From: Batkoa obscura
Taxonomy: Eukaryota
DNA: 64,000 nt
Assembly (NCBI GenBank): GCA_030770535.1
Contig: JASVEC010000002.1
Coordinates: 62,001-126,000, forward strand
Direction of reading: 5' to 3'
The notes under the pieces were generated by a model. It was given only the letters and a program-made list of their open reading frames with translations, did not search any database and was not told the DNA's origin. Below, piece after piece: positions 50,187-63,519 of the stretch. Within the stretch, counting starts at the first letter, position 1, and each line of letters begins with the position of its first letter. The position numbers and the translations under genes are program-made.

Positions 50187-53100
50187 ATTTTGTTTAAAAA
50201 ACACTTTGCTAAATAGTTTGCTACTGTTGCATTCCTATACTTTTACCGTATTGAATCTGTCTAAAAAAAGAAAGATACGAACAGGGATTTAATTGGAGTA
50301 AATTATCGCTAAAATAGTCTGTGTATTTATGCAGTTATTGTTTTTTTGAATTATGTGGTAGGCAAAGGACTAAAATTGAGTTTGCAAAAATTATGAAGAG
50401 AGACAAGTAAATATCATTTAAAGTAACCAAACAAATTTATTTGGCTTTCATAAATAAGTAACCAAGCTAACTTTCACCTCCCAAACATGCTATTATATAT
50501 TATATGCAATAGTTAAGTAACGTGTAAACTTTAGCTTACTCAATTTAGGAAACTTGAAATAAACTTGGGTTTATCTAATTATCATTTAAAAGCAATAGCA
50601 ATTTTTATAATAGCATTAAAGTTTGTACTTAATACAGAAAATAATATAACAAACCCAAATTTGAGCGTTATAAGAAGAAAGTGAAGTTAATATTAAGCTA
50701 AAAAGCATTGCATGAATTAGTTTTAAACAAGATGCAACTTTTCGTCTTTGATTTTGAAAAAGTTGTAAATTAATGCAAAAATGGTATGAAAATCACTCTT
50801 TTTTACTTTTTACAACTTTAGCAAAAGGTCAAAATCGGCAAAAAGTTGAACCTAGGTTTGAATTACCCCTTATCTATTTATCCATATTATCTAAACAATG
50901 AGCCAGTTTATAGTCATAAAATATGTAAATAAAGTAACTATTTACATATTTAAGCTTTTCGATTTACCACTCTTTTATAGCTGATTATGTTCAATATGAA
51001 ATGAAACTCTAAATGGAATAAATATTAAATAAGAATAATTTTAAATTACAAAGGAGCTTTTTAAAATAACATTTCGGCTTTTCTGATAATAATAATACCT
51101 TCATATAGTTCAAATATTATATATAAGTTTAACTACTCTCATTAAATTGGTTGTTTAGATATTTTCTATAATGAATAATTACTAGCTTGCATTGATGCGT
51201 TTATCTGAATTATAGTTTTAAAGTAAAAAGAAATACACATAAGTGAGAAATTATAGTTAAAATTGACATCACTAACAAATTATCTCCCAATTTTTAGTGT
51301 TTTAGTATTTAAAAACATGTTGATTTGGCATAATTTATCAAATTGCCTAATTTATACTATAGAGTTATAACTCCAGCGCTAATAGAAAGTTGTTATATCA
51401 CGTTAAGAGTAGTTATAATATAATTACCGGGGAAATATGAAAACTAGAATAAAAAATAAGTGTCATTTTGTATAATAAATAAATTGTTTTGCTATTCATA
51501 CCATTCAACATATTGCTTAGTTATCATCGATTTATTAAAAGTAGTGGTACTAAAACGCAAACATATTCTTTTATAGAATCTAGAGTATGAATATGATATG
51601 AATATGAATATGAATATTAAATAATAGATTAATGTAGCAATAATCAATGAAATAACAAAACAAAAGGCGAATTGCTACCATTTTAATAAAAATCAGTTTT
51701 TATCATTTTAAAGCTAAGATGAAACCAAAAATACTTTTGCTCAATTTTTTTTTCAAAAAAGTAAATTAGCTAAAGTTTGAAACTTTAGTTATAAAAAAGA
51801 CTAAAATTAAGATTTCTTTACTAAACCACCCCCTGAGTTTCACTCAACTATAACAGCACATGAGCTTTGACAATAAAAATAGGCTTCAAAGACATTGAAA
51901 GATTCGAATTTTAACCTTAAATAGACAAAACACTGCTAAAAATAAACCTTCTTTCGAATCGGAAACTCATCAAAAAATAGCTTTATATTCATTATTTTTA
52001 ATATCTTTGAAATATAAATGAATTGCAGATTTCCAAGATCAAGTTTAAGCACATTGCTACTATTTGCCATTATGCATTTTAATTGCACTTTAAGCTTATC
52101 GATATTTTCTAATCAAATCAACGAAAATTGAGCACAAAAAATTTACATTAATTTGAATCCAAACTAATAAGTTGGCATTTCATTGGCTAAAATCCCTTTT
52201 TATAAAAAGTTTGAAGGGAATAATAAAAGCTAATTAAAACACATATGTGTATTTAAATAATTTTAATATCATAAAATAATAATTTACTATTGAATAAAGA
52301 TTAGACTGTAGGGGCGGAAAATTCGATCTCTCAAGAAGACCCTTTTATTCCGTTATTTAAAATCTGATGGTTCCTAAACAACTTTAAGTTAAACATGAGA
52401 TTATTCTATTATTAAAATAACAACTAAATATAGAAAATACTATATTTTTTTAAAAAAGGAGAATATAAATCATCCACTTTTTGGGCCTGAAAATATATCA
52501 AAATGAATTTAGTAATTAACAGTTAATTTTTCTAAAACCGAAAATATTTTAATATTTAAATTTAAGTTTAAAAGCTTTATTTAGTAATCTGAAATTTTTT
52601 GAATTCTTAAGCCATAATCTAAAGTATCTATTAAAGATATTAAATTAAAGTACAGATTTCATGGACATTGAACAAATGAACCAAGTTTTTTTATTCAAAG
52701 CCTTGCTCTTAGCAATTTACTAATAAATCCATTAGTTGCTAATTGCTAAACCTTAACAATAAGTTTATTAGTATATTAATTGCTATAGTATTACTACAAT
52801 GATATTAGTAACAATCTTACAAATCTCCATGAAAAGATTAATAATCCATAAAACTACCTCATAATCAGCGTCAATTAGTAAAATTAGAACCATTTAAGCA
52901 AAATAATACGTAATTATAAGCTCAGATATATTTGAATAAAATAATAATATATTATAGTGAAACTTGTAAGATAAAAATAACTACAGTGGTATTTGATACT
53001 AACATGTATAGATTAATACTGTTAAAAATCAGGATAGGCTATTGGATACTAGATGAAACGATTAGATAAACTTATTCTTTCTTTCCAAATCATTTATTTG

Positions 53101-54141
53101 GTTTAACCTTAATCGTACATTGTTTACACCTATTCTTTAAACTTAAATGTTTAATGATATTGTATATTATTTTATTAGTAAAAAATAGATCAATAATTCC
53201 CATAATGGTACCGAGAAACAACCATGACAAAAACAAATAAATACAGAATATGGGTGTATATATATATATATTAATTGTATTATAGTTATTAGTTTAATAT
53301 TAATATCAAAGATTTGGTCTGGTCCTGCTTGGTTTAGTATCAATTTATTATTAAAAATAGAAGTAAATAAAGGGTTAAATCAATACTAATCACTGATCAG
53401 CTAATAACTTTAATAGTAACAGTAACAATAACAATAACAATAATAACAATTAAGTAAATTCCTAATAAAATTAATTATTCAATAGTAGCAATATAATTAG
53501 TTAATAATGAGTGAAACTAATTAAATAAAGTATCCGAATTGTAGTAAATAATAAAATAACAAATTGAGGTACTTTTTGCAAAAAATGCACTTAATGATCA
53601 GCAAAGTGATATTAAATTTTACTAGACAAATTCCTATATTAAGTAAATTACTTCATTTGAGTAATAATTTATAACCAGTTAAATAATAGACTCAAACTAT
53701 AGTTGAATGATATAATTCGACGGAGAACAGCTTTAATTACATGTATTTATTAAATGTGATATATAAAAACAAAAATAATAGAAATAATAGAAATAATAGA
53801 AATAATAAAAATGAAAATGAAAAAATCTATCGTTTTAAATTGGTCTCACTTTCTACTAAAAATAGGTAAAATAAAAATTTAATCATTTAATTTAATAACA
53901 AACCATGTTCATTAAAAATTTATGCGAATTAGTCCATATCAAAATTGACGTTGAATCTATTCGCTTTATAAGACAGGCATGCATAATAAAATGAATAAAT
54001 AAAGAAAGTTAAAGATTATTAAAAGATAAGTATAAAAAGTCAAGATGAAGAATCAAAATCATATTAAAAAATAGATTTATTCAAATCTTATCAACATTTT
54101 AAAACTTAGAACTTATTTATTATATTTCACTCTATACAAAG

Positions 54142-54921
54142 ATGAATAACATGTTAGAATTAGCTACTTACGAAAGTTATCCATTACAAAATAAAGATTA
54201 CATAGAATGGGAATACGAGCTTCAATATAATAACTATCCTTGTAATCCAATAGAAATAGAAAATCAACCACAATATGCCAATGATAATTCGGCTTATAAT
54301 AACCCATTTTCAAATTATAACTCATCTCCAAGCAATTTATCTTATCTTATGTATAGTCCACAAGAAGCATCGAACATCGCTACTTTTAATCCTTTTAACT
54401 CTGAAGATAACAATTTAAATTATTTAAATTATAGTCCTAATCAACAGCAAAATAATAACGATTTATTATTTAATGATTTAGTTTTTGATAACATGGCCTA
54501 TATGAATCAATATAGCAATACTATAAACCACAATAACTCCACTTCTAATTCTAATTCTGTCACCTTCAATATACACTGTAACTCAAATACAAATGTTGAT
54601 TTTAGTAGTGTTTCAAATAGATCTTTATCCCCTTTAACTATGATTGAAGAATCACTACTAAATAATAATAATATATTATTAAATCATCAACAAAATCAAT
54701 CCACTTCAAACAAAAATACAGTCAAATTCATTAAAGACAGTAGTAAGCCATACGCTTGTGATCAATGCGATCGTGCCTTTTTAAGAAATCACGATCTTAC
54801 CCGTCATAAGAAAATACACTCTGGAGTTAGAAAATTCCAATGTATTTCATGTGATAAAAGATTTTATCGTAAGGATCTATGGCGTAGACACTGTATGACT
54901 AAAAAGTGCAGAAAGGCTTAA
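54142..54921 (+). CDS. C2H2 zinc-finger transcription factor (two C-terminal fingers, N-rich N-terminal region)
   Basis: KPYACDQCDRAFLRNHDLTRHKKIHSGVRKFQCISCDKRFYRKDLWRRH. Confidence 0.9.
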   Translation: MNNMLELATYESYPLQNKDYIEWEYELQYNNYPCNPIEIENQPQYANDNSAYNNPFSNYNSSPSNLSYLMYSPQEASNIATFNPFNSEDNNLNYLNYSPNQQQNNNDLLFNDLVFDNMAYMNQYSNTINHNNSTSNSNSVTFNIHCNSNTNVDFSSVSNRSLSPLTMIEESLLNNNNILLNHQQNQSTSNKNTVKFIKDSSKPYACDQCDRAFLRNHDLTRHKKIHSGVRKFQCISCDKRFYRKDLWRRHCMTKKCRKA

Positions 54922-57065
54922 GTTTCCAGTTTGAATTCTATTTATTTTTGCTTGTTTGGTTAATTTTTTTCCTTTATTTAAAGTGGCCTAGTCACATCCT
55001 CTCTCTATCTACATTTAATGTAAATAAATAAATAAATTTATTAATAGCAATTCGTTTTTGCCTCCCTTTTTTTCATAGATATATGTTATACAAGGAGTTA
55101 GTATTGGTTTAGCTACTAAAAATTAAAAGGCGGAAGGAAAGGTAAACAAATTCCGTTAAATTTTTAATAAACTTAAAACCTATTAAGAAAAAAACTAGAT
55201 ATAAATGAGATCAGATATTCTAAACATAGTTTTTTTTACTCGATTTGGAAATCCTGCTTTTTTAATAGAGCTATTAAGCTAAATATAGTTAATGCTAGTC
55301 TCAGCTATTTTTAGCTTTTTAAAACCTGTTCCATTTTTATTCTCTTTTTATTTTGTTTAGTATTACTGGATGAGTTAATATATCGGATCGCTTTTTAAAA
55401 AAACACGGGGGTTTTAAGTTGTTTCTTATTCAAAATGAAAAATAAATCCACCCTATAGTTATTAAAAAGCAATAGAAAGTGTATAAAAAAGAGTTAGAAT
55501 AAAAATTAAATTAACTTTTATTTTTAAACATGGCTAATTAACAAAAATAATAATAAACTAATCTTACCATATATTTTTTATCAAGAATTAGAATAAGATT
55601 AGTGAAAACAAGGCATTGAGGATCTTAAAAAAGACTGGTATTTTAAAAAATTGTGAAAATTAGAACATGTATAAGAATATGAAAGCGAAAGGAACAGTTA
55701 AGCAAGAAATGCATATGTAAATCCTAATTTTGGTCCATCAACCATCTGATTTAAATGTTCAAGAGCATTTTAACTATTATGCTTGCTATACCTCAACTAC
55801 TGAGTCGAAAATACCATTAAATTTTATCCCAAATCTGGTTGAAATCGTAACCCAACTTTTTCAAACAATTTACGTGAAGTTGCTATTAATATTATACATG
55901 ACATTCGAAATTGGAGAATCTTAGCATCTGTAAAGATAAAAATGGGTACAGTGAGCACCAGTCTTTTAAATTACATTATCCCTATGTTTTTTATCCTTGT
56001 CCTCATATCCTTTTTCACTCAACTAGTTTCTTCGACACTTTTTCTGCAATCATTATATGAGCCAGTTTCAATCAAGGCTCAACATTTTTCCGATTTTTAA
56101 TTTTATTGTAAATGACAAATTAAGCATAGGTATTGAGAAAACAAAGGGCTTTTTTTGTGTTAAAAAAATCAAGTAGGTATTTAAGATATTGAAAAACTTA
56201 ACTAGCTACGTCATGAGTGTTAGAATAATATAATGTAGTTTTTAAAATAACCTGAAATCTTAAGCAAGTCCATCCGGTAAAGAAACAAAATTATAGCATC
56301 AACAAATTTTACAAGCAAGTAGCTGCTGCTTTTCTACATAAAAAAAATACATTATATTTAATGATTAATTTTTTTGTCTAAGTCTTGTTTACTTTTAAAA
56401 ACTAGTTGAATTTGGTAAAGTGGGAAATTGTTAGAGCATGGAATATTTAGTCACTAACTTTCTTAATAGTTACTAGTGATTGGATAATTATTCCATTTTT
56501 TATACTTTTCTACTTTAAATCTATGTTAATTAGATAATATTTTTTAACTAATTCGACTTTTATTTCTAAAAATAGAATTTATTTCATATTTAGTATTCAA
56601 TTCTTATACATACTACTTATGATGTGTATATACTATGACAAAAAAAAACAGGAAAGTTGGAATTTTTAATTTTGTAAAAGTCAGTTTAGTTAATGGGGCT
56701 AATTGCTGATTATCAATCACAAGAGTCATAGATTAATTCGTCCAGTAATTTCATTTAAATATTTAAAAAATAAGTTTAACCAAGCAATTTGATAAAATTT
56801 AAGAACGATTTAATTTTTAATTTTACTTTTATTTGAGGTTTCAAAAAAACAATGAGTGAAAAATCAAGTTAATAATAGCAATAAAATTAAGCTTATTAAA
56901 CTAATTTTACTAACATGTATTTATTATAACTATTCATTATTTTTGACTTTTAAAAATAACATGGCATCAAAATATTATTAAAATCCAATAGTTATAAATA
57001 TAACAAAAATATCTAATTTTAAGTAATAGCATACTTAAAAATTAGATAAAAATTTAAATCAATAT

Positions 57066-57111
57066 AAGGATGTACTTTTTTGTTTAAGAATTTTATTAAC
57101 AATCTTTCCAC
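57066..57111 (+). mobile_element. 5' half of a MITE family A copy, truncated by family B
   Basis: AAGGATGTACTTTTTTGTTTAAGAATTTTATTAACAATCTTTCCAC abuts the B left end. Confidence 0.75.
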
Positions 57112-57571
57112 TGTGGAATCTGATACTTAGTGGTTGGAGTCAAAAACAGCTATTACTTGGTTGACTATACTGTAAGTTGAAAGGCCTTAGTTTATGTGAT
57201 TAAGATATACTTGAATTGTGAAGAATAGCAAGTAATATGTTACAGACTATGTAAGACAAATAGAATAGACAATAGTAATGTAAAATCTACATAAAACACT
57301 ATTAAGTAAGCTTAGTGGCTTTATTGAATGTATGATATATCAAGGAATAACTCAGTTGAAAAGCCACAAGTTACTATGTTCTAGAATCTCTTTTATACTC
57401 CAACAAGTATGGATATCAAAACAGGGAAATAATGTCCTTCAGAATCGCATGAAAGAAATTCTCAGCAAATCAAAATAAGAATATAGGATTAATTGCCTCT
57501 GAACTGTGAACACAATTTAAATGGTTATTATGCTATAATCAATTATGGAGCTGATAAAGCGATGTTTCACA
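57112..57571 (+). mobile_element. Family B element, full length
   Basis: TGTGGAATC...GATGTTTCACA; core identical to 62413-62870. Confidence 0.88.
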
Positions 57572-57667
57572 ATAGGGATGGTTAGTTATAGTTTTGGGAC
57601 TAACCGCTTCCTTCCATGCAGCTATTTATTAACTTAACAATATATCAATAGTGTAATTATAACATTA

Positions 57668-57764
57668 GAGGATGTTTTTTTTGGCTTCATTGCTTTTTCC
57701 ATTTTAAGTGCTATTTGAGCGAAAAGATTGTTAGCAAAATTTTTAAACAAAAAAATATATTCTC
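57668..57764 (-). mobile_element. MITE family A copy nested in family C
   Basis: ATTA duplicated; a single ATTA at the empty site near 19261. Confidence 0.88.
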
Positions 57765-57910
57765 ATTAAAATAGCTTATTTCTTCAATAGTAAGTCTATA
57801 ACGTTGGCTATAAAACAGTAAATAATAAATGTTCTTCAATGAGGGTTTATAATAATATGTGTTTATTTACATATTACAACTTCGATTAGTATCAATATAT
57901 AGGTTATATT

Positions 57911-57980
57911 GGGATGTGCTTTTGTGTTTAAGAATTTTACTAACAACCTTTCTACTCAAATAGCGCTTAAAAAATATCCC
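57911..57980 (+). mobile_element. Internally deleted MITE family A copy nested in family C
   Basis: GGGATG...TATCCC; flanks TATT/GATT; empty site CATT near 19429. Confidence 0.8.
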
Positions 57981-58089
57981 GATTAGTAAAAGCCTTGCTA
58001 ATTCGGGAACTTGTATTAAATTTAATAGAAATTCCAATAACTTACAATATAAATTATAATGAAATAGCTTGAAACTTTGTTAAATACTT

Positions 58090-58283
58090 TATGAAATCTG
58101 GTACTCAGTGTTTGGAGTCAAGAACAGCTATTACATGCTATTCTTCATAATCCAAATCTATCTTAGTCACATAAACCAAGACCTCTCGACTTATAGTGTA
58201 GTCAACCCAGGAATAGCTGTTCTTGACTCCAAACACTGAGTACCAGATTTCACGCCATGGGACTGACAAAGCGATATTTCACA
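58090..58283. mobile_element. Rearranged fold-back derivative of family B
   Basis: Left end, then an inverted left-end segment, then the right end; perfect 41-bp inverted repeat. Confidence 0.85.
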
Positions 58284-58421
58284 ACCTTTAGTTTTTGACA
58301 AAGGGTTTATTTTTGTAAAATTTTAAGCAAAGTTTCTATAAAATATTTAAGAATTGAATAAAAAATAAAACCAACTTGGACATCCCCATATATTAAATAC
58401 TTTACTATTATATTAATATAT

Positions 58422-58522
58422 GGGGATGTATTTTTATGTTTAAGAACTCTCTACTAACAAATTTTCCCCTTAAATAGCGCTTAAAAAGTGGAAAAAATGA
58501 TGAAGTCAAGAAAAACACTTCC
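58422..58522 (+). mobile_element. MITE family A copy
   Basis: Full length; ATAT flanks. Confidence 0.9.
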
Positions 58523-58758
58523 ATATTTTTAAAATGCCATTGATATCTTTTTTGATAATGTGTTTATACTTTATACTTTATACTTTATACTATACTACTC
58601 TAATTGTTTACCAACTTGAATTTATACAACTCAATTTTGAATTAACTTATTGTCTTAACTTAAGCTGTAGATTGATTTATTGTATAACTTTAAAGTATTA
58701 AGTAAATAATAAAAAATAAATAAAAAATGAAAAATATATAGTAGCATAATGTTTGTAT

Positions 58759-58985
58759 GAGGCTGTTTTTCTTAGCTTCATTATTTTTCCATTTTTCGAG
58801 CGCTATTTGAGCGGAAAGGCTGCTAATAAAATTCTTAAATGAAAAAATATATCCTCATATATTCAATATATAATCTAGCTATAATTTGGGGCTGTTTTTT
58901 TTAGTTTCATTATTTTTCCATTTTTTAAGCGCTATTTATGTGGAAAAATTGTCAGTAAAATTCTTAAATACAAAAATACATCCCC
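58759..58985 (-). mobile_element. Two MITE family A copies (58759-58856 and 58888-58985)
   Basis: Both reverse and full length; flanks GTAT/ATAT and ATTT/ATTT. Confidence 0.9.
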
Positions 58986-59287
58986 ATTTGCTAAAATTTT
59001 TGATTGCAGTTGATCAAGAATAACAAAAAAATCACTAATCCTAATAAAATTGAAATTTGGGCTAAAAATATTAAAGCTATGTTAAAAATTAAGTACCAAA
59101 TATAAAATATAAAGATGTTTTTGTTTAATAGAAAAAGCCCTAAAAGTTATATTATTTAACTTTATGCAAGGGCATCTATTTCTTATTTTCTCTGGAGTAC
59201 GTTTTTCACTGAATTGGATTGGATGTTATAAAAATTGTAAATTAAAGAAAGTTCCTTGTTAACTAAAAACTCTTATAAATTTCAGAA

Positions 59288-60632
59288 TTACAAAGTTTTA
59301 ATAAATTTTGAATATTCAACAGGATTTCGCCCTTCTACATCATGATAATAGTTATCATCATCCTTTTTAAATTTATCATTTTTTACATCATCTAAATCAA
59401 AGACATCGTCATTATAATCTAAAGTAAGAAGTTGTCAGTTGATTCTTTTGGTCATTTAATATTATACTACCTGTTTTGGTTGATTCATTTTGTTTCTTCC
59501 AAATTCTGAAGTATATCACCTTAAACGCTTGGTGTATAGTTGGATCACAAAAGAAAGCAATAAAGTTAAAGGTCCCTAGTAAGCCACCAGCAACAAATGA
59601 AAATGCTTTTAAGTCCAAAGAGTCAAAGTTTGCAAGATCATAAGCTGATTGACTTAACACATTTCCAAAGTTAGCAACAATCATGATTACTGGGTATAAT
59701 AAGCTAGATAAAAAAAGTCAACATATGGGGCTGTTTTTTTTAGTTTCATTATTTTTCCATTTTTTAAGCGCTGTTTGAGTGGAAAGATTGTAGTAAAATT
59801 CTTAAACAAAAAAACACATCCCCATATATTAAATAAAAAATGAACTTGATCTTACATCCTTGAAGCTAATAATTGAATATTTTTTATCATCTCAATTGAA
59901 TTACTAGCATCCATAGCTACTTGATGCTCTTTGATTAAATTGAGTCCTTGAAATAATTTTATTAAAACTAAAATTACAATAATTAACAAATAACCCATGC
60001 TGATAATCATCACTAAATTGCTAGTATAAAAATCAAGCAATCTAGAGTAGCTTTCATCATCTGTTGAAAAATAACAAGAGTTAAAGTCGCTATAACCAAG
60101 GGCCCCAATAGCTATATAAACATCTCATTAGTACGACTTTATAAATAAAGTATTTCTATATGCTACCTAATGGCGGTATAGTAATTATGAGTGTAAGTAG
60201 AATAGAACCAATCCAATATGCAGCTTCGATTCTTTTAGTTATATTAATGCCATGTATAAAGATCAGCTGTAAGTTGACCCCAATAGCTACATTAAGAAAA
60301 GTATAAAATAAAGGAAAAGCTAACGATTGATAAGCAATAAAGGTACATAGCGGTGAGCCTTTATAGTTATTTCCTCTAGTCCATAATGGAAAAGTATGAG
60401 ACCAGATATCATAGCATGAGATAACAGTTTGTAGTCTAAGAGATACCCTATCCACCAATTTACGGTCATAAATTGCTATCAATTAAAATAAGATATTATA
60501 TTTAGATAAGATAACTAAATTACTTAATGCAATCATTACTACCACGACTACACATGCCAAAGATAAAGAAACTATGCCTACCTTTGGAAACACTTCTTTC
60601 ATTACATACTTTGCGTTGGAAACCTCACTCAT
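59288..60632 (-). CDS. Seven-transmembrane GPCR-like protein (cAMP-receptor/Git3-like); 5 exons
   Basis: ATG 60632 (MSEVSNAKYVMKEVFPK); four GT-AG introns give a continuous frame through IYDRKLVDRVSLRLQ, LCTFIAY, NVAIGVNLQLIF, RI|LLYPVIM, GTFNFIAFFCDPT to SKFIKTL*. Confidence 0.8.
59727..59823 (-). mobile_element. MITE family A copy inside intron 3 of the GPCR gene
   Basis: ATAT flanks; lies within intron 59855-59704. Confidence 0.92.
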
Positions 60633-61105
60633 CTTTAGTTAAGAAATTAGATAAATTAGATAACTTCTTAAAGCACAAACTATACACAGTATTTTATATA
60701 GTATTTTGAATTATTAAACCTGTTTTTAACCAGCATAAAATTTTGTTCTGTTTCATTTTCATATTTTTCATTAAAAGTCAATATACTACTTTAAAAATAT
60801 AATTTAAAGCTTTTTATCCCTTAATATATATATATTTGTAAGTTTTAACATGCAAGTAAATTTAAAACAGCAATGCGGTTTCAGCAGGCTCATAGCACAC
60901 AACTATATTTCATTAAGCATTTATAATCATCTTTATAAATAAAAATAGAAATAAACTTCTTATAGCTCTTGTAATAATAAAATCCCATATTGGACCCCAT
61001 ACCAGTGTGGAAAAAAACTAGGTATTGTTTAAGGCAACATCCAGCCCATATCAAAGGTATATAAAATACATACAATACAAGTAAATAATATAAATTTTAT
61101 GACAT

Positions 61106-61200
61106 GGGAATGTAATTTTGTGTTTAAGAATTTTGCTAATAATTTTTCCACTCAAATAGTGCTTAAATGATGGAAAAAACAATGAAGCCAAAAAAACATT
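61106..61200 (+). mobile_element. MITE family A copy
   Basis: Right end shortened; ACAT flanks. Confidence 0.85.
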
Positions 61201-62412
61201 ACATGTTGTTGTTTTGAACATTTAAGAAAACTAAAGATGATTCCAATCATAACAAACTTTAAAACTTAGATCAAATCAAAATGCCTAAGTATGACATAGT
61301 AGTATCAACATGCTGAGATAGGTAATGAAAAATCTGGTATTACATATATATACATATATTTTGTTATCTTTGCGCTTTTGTATTTTTGTAAATATATTAA
61401 ATAATATCTAGTAATTAAAATACCAGATTTTTAAAACTCAAATGCTTGGTTTAAGATTTTAGGGCTTTAAGTTGAAACCTATTAAAAGGATACTTCTCCG
61501 AATGAATAATACTATACAAATTTAAAGCAAAGATTTGTTTTGATGAATAACCAAAAGAGCACACTATTTAGCAGCACTATTTATACCACCTTTATCTTTT
61601 AAAATTAAGAAACTACATATTATTTTTACGGGATAATATGTTTATGCTAGATGATTTGTTTTTATGTTATTTTTTAAATTTAAAAGGATATAAATCCGTG
61701 ATAGAAGCTTGATTTGGTTACTTTTTCATTAGCGAGTCATGGTGCCACAATTTAATGTATATAAATTTAACGTTATAAATCATATGTATTAACTTCCATC
61801 GTCTGGAATATTTCTATTCTTTCTAGTTTATATTATAAAAATTGGAACATGTAACTAATTTATCCAGCACCGTATTTTTGTTCTAATTGGAACATTTACA
61901 AACATCAAAGCTGAGATAAACACACATTAGGCTTAACTTGACTTATATAGAGTTGTAAATTGAACAATTTCTCAAATGTTTGTAACTTAAATCCATTTTT
62001 GACATCTTGTAAAGTGCTAATATAAATTATCTTAAAAATCAAAGCACTCACTTTGAATGTTCATTTCCTAATATAAAGTAGTTAAGAAAGATTACTTTTT
62101 TTTTTGGGAAACTACTAAAATTGTGGCATTTTTTTTGCCACTTTCACTACAAAATTCAATCCAGCCAATCAAATGGTTGAATCCGATTGTTCAATTTACA
62201 ACTAAAATAGGAAAATGGAGGTTTTTAAATTGTTCTGACACGGTTTGGTAAATATTTTGCATTAAATATCAGAAATATATTCATTTTAAAAATTTGCATG
62301 AAATTTTATAAGTAGAAATCGCTTCTTTAATTATATAATAACTTTTAATATAGTATCCTGTCCCAGATATAAAAATTAGTTAATAACTTTGATTAGGATG
62401 TTTAATATATAG

Positions 62413-62870
62413 CGTGAGATCTGGTACTTAGTGATTGGAGTCAAAAACAGCTATTACTTGGTTGACTATACTGTAAGTTGAAAGGCCTTAGTTTATGTGA
62501 TTAAGATATACTTGAATTGTGAAGAATAGCAAGTAATATGTTACAGACTATGTAAGACAAATAGAATAGACAATAGTAATGTAAAATCTACATAAAACAC
62601 TATTAAGTAAGCTTAGTGGCTTTATTGAATGTATGATATATCAAGGAATAACTCAGTTGAAAAGCCACAAGTTACTATGTTCTAGAATCTCTTTTATACT
62701 CCAACAAGTATGGATATCAAAACAGGGAAATAATGTCCTTCAGAATCGCATGAAAGAAATTCTCAGCAAATCAAAATAAGAATATAGGATTAATTGCCTC
62801 TGAACTGTGAACACAATTTAAATGGTTATTATGCTATAATCAACCATGGAGCTGACAGCGATATTTCATA
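62413..62870 (+). mobile_element. Family B element, full length
   Basis: CGTGAGATCTGGTAC...GCGATATTTCATA; core identical to the 57112 copy. Confidence 0.88.
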
Positions 62871-63025
62871 TTATTAATGTAATTTATATATTAATATTGA
62901 TTAAGGTTATAATATATAAATATATATTTTTATAAATTATTATCAAAAAATGTTTATTGTTAACTGCTTTATAACCAATATTACAAATTTATTATTAAAT
63001 AAATAGGTTAATATTTTAATTATAT

Positions 63026-63200
63026 GGGGGTGTTTTTTGGCTTCATTATTTTTTCCATCTTTTAAGCGCTATTTGAGTGGAAAAATTATTAGCAAAATTC
63101 TTAAACACAAAATTACATTCCCATATTATTAGTATATAGGGTTTTTTTAGTTTCATCACTTTTTCTATTTTTTAAATACTATTTAAGCAAAAAAACTATT
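63026..63200 (-). mobile_element. MITE family A copy (63026-63122) plus an adjacent partial copy (about 63137-63200)
   Basis: First copy full length with ATAT flanks; second truncated. Confidence 0.85.
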
Positions 63201-63420
63201 TGAAACATTAAGTTATCGGTCCTATAATTATAACTTATAAAGTACAATCAATTTAGGGCTTTTTATTTTGATTTACTATGAGACTTTTACTGATTAATTG
63301 CAAAAAGCATCAACTCCTTAGTTTGATATCTATATTCAGTAGTTATAATAATAAGTTATATCTGTTACCATATTCTGTATACAGCTACCTAATTTGAACA
63401 TAAAAGAGGGTTTTCAATAC

Positions 63421-63519
63421 GGAGATGTATTTTTGTATTTAAGAATTTTATTAACAAATTTTCCACTCAAACAGCACTTAAAAGATAAAAAAAGTAATAA
63501 AGCCAAAAAAAATATCCTT
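63421..63519 (+). mobile_element. MITE family A copy
   Basis: Full length; flanks ATAC/ATAT. Confidence 0.88.

Larger units (their letters stand above)
57575..58077 (+). repeat. Family C repeat interrupted by two MITEs
   Basis: Colinear with 19171-19514 once 57668-57764 and 57911-57980 are removed. Confidence 0.75.

Noticed and set aside
55700..56070. Slightly GC-richer tract that looks coding-like
   Set aside because: The frames I read contain stops and I recognised no domain; a pseudogene fragment is possible but unsupported
59412..59470. Stop at 59412 as the true end of the GPCR
   Set aside because: A GTAGTA...CTGAC...TAG intron removes it, and the next exon matches the paralog's C-terminus (EG...Y.K.IK.L*)
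59704..59855. MITE acting as an intron-creating (Introner) element
   Set aside because: The splice sites lie outside the MITE and a normal-sized intron remains when it is removed
57572..62412. Intact LTR retrotransposon between the two near-identical B copies
   Set aside because: No gag/pol, PBS or PPT seen, no shared TSD, and the interior holds a spliced host gene and other repeats
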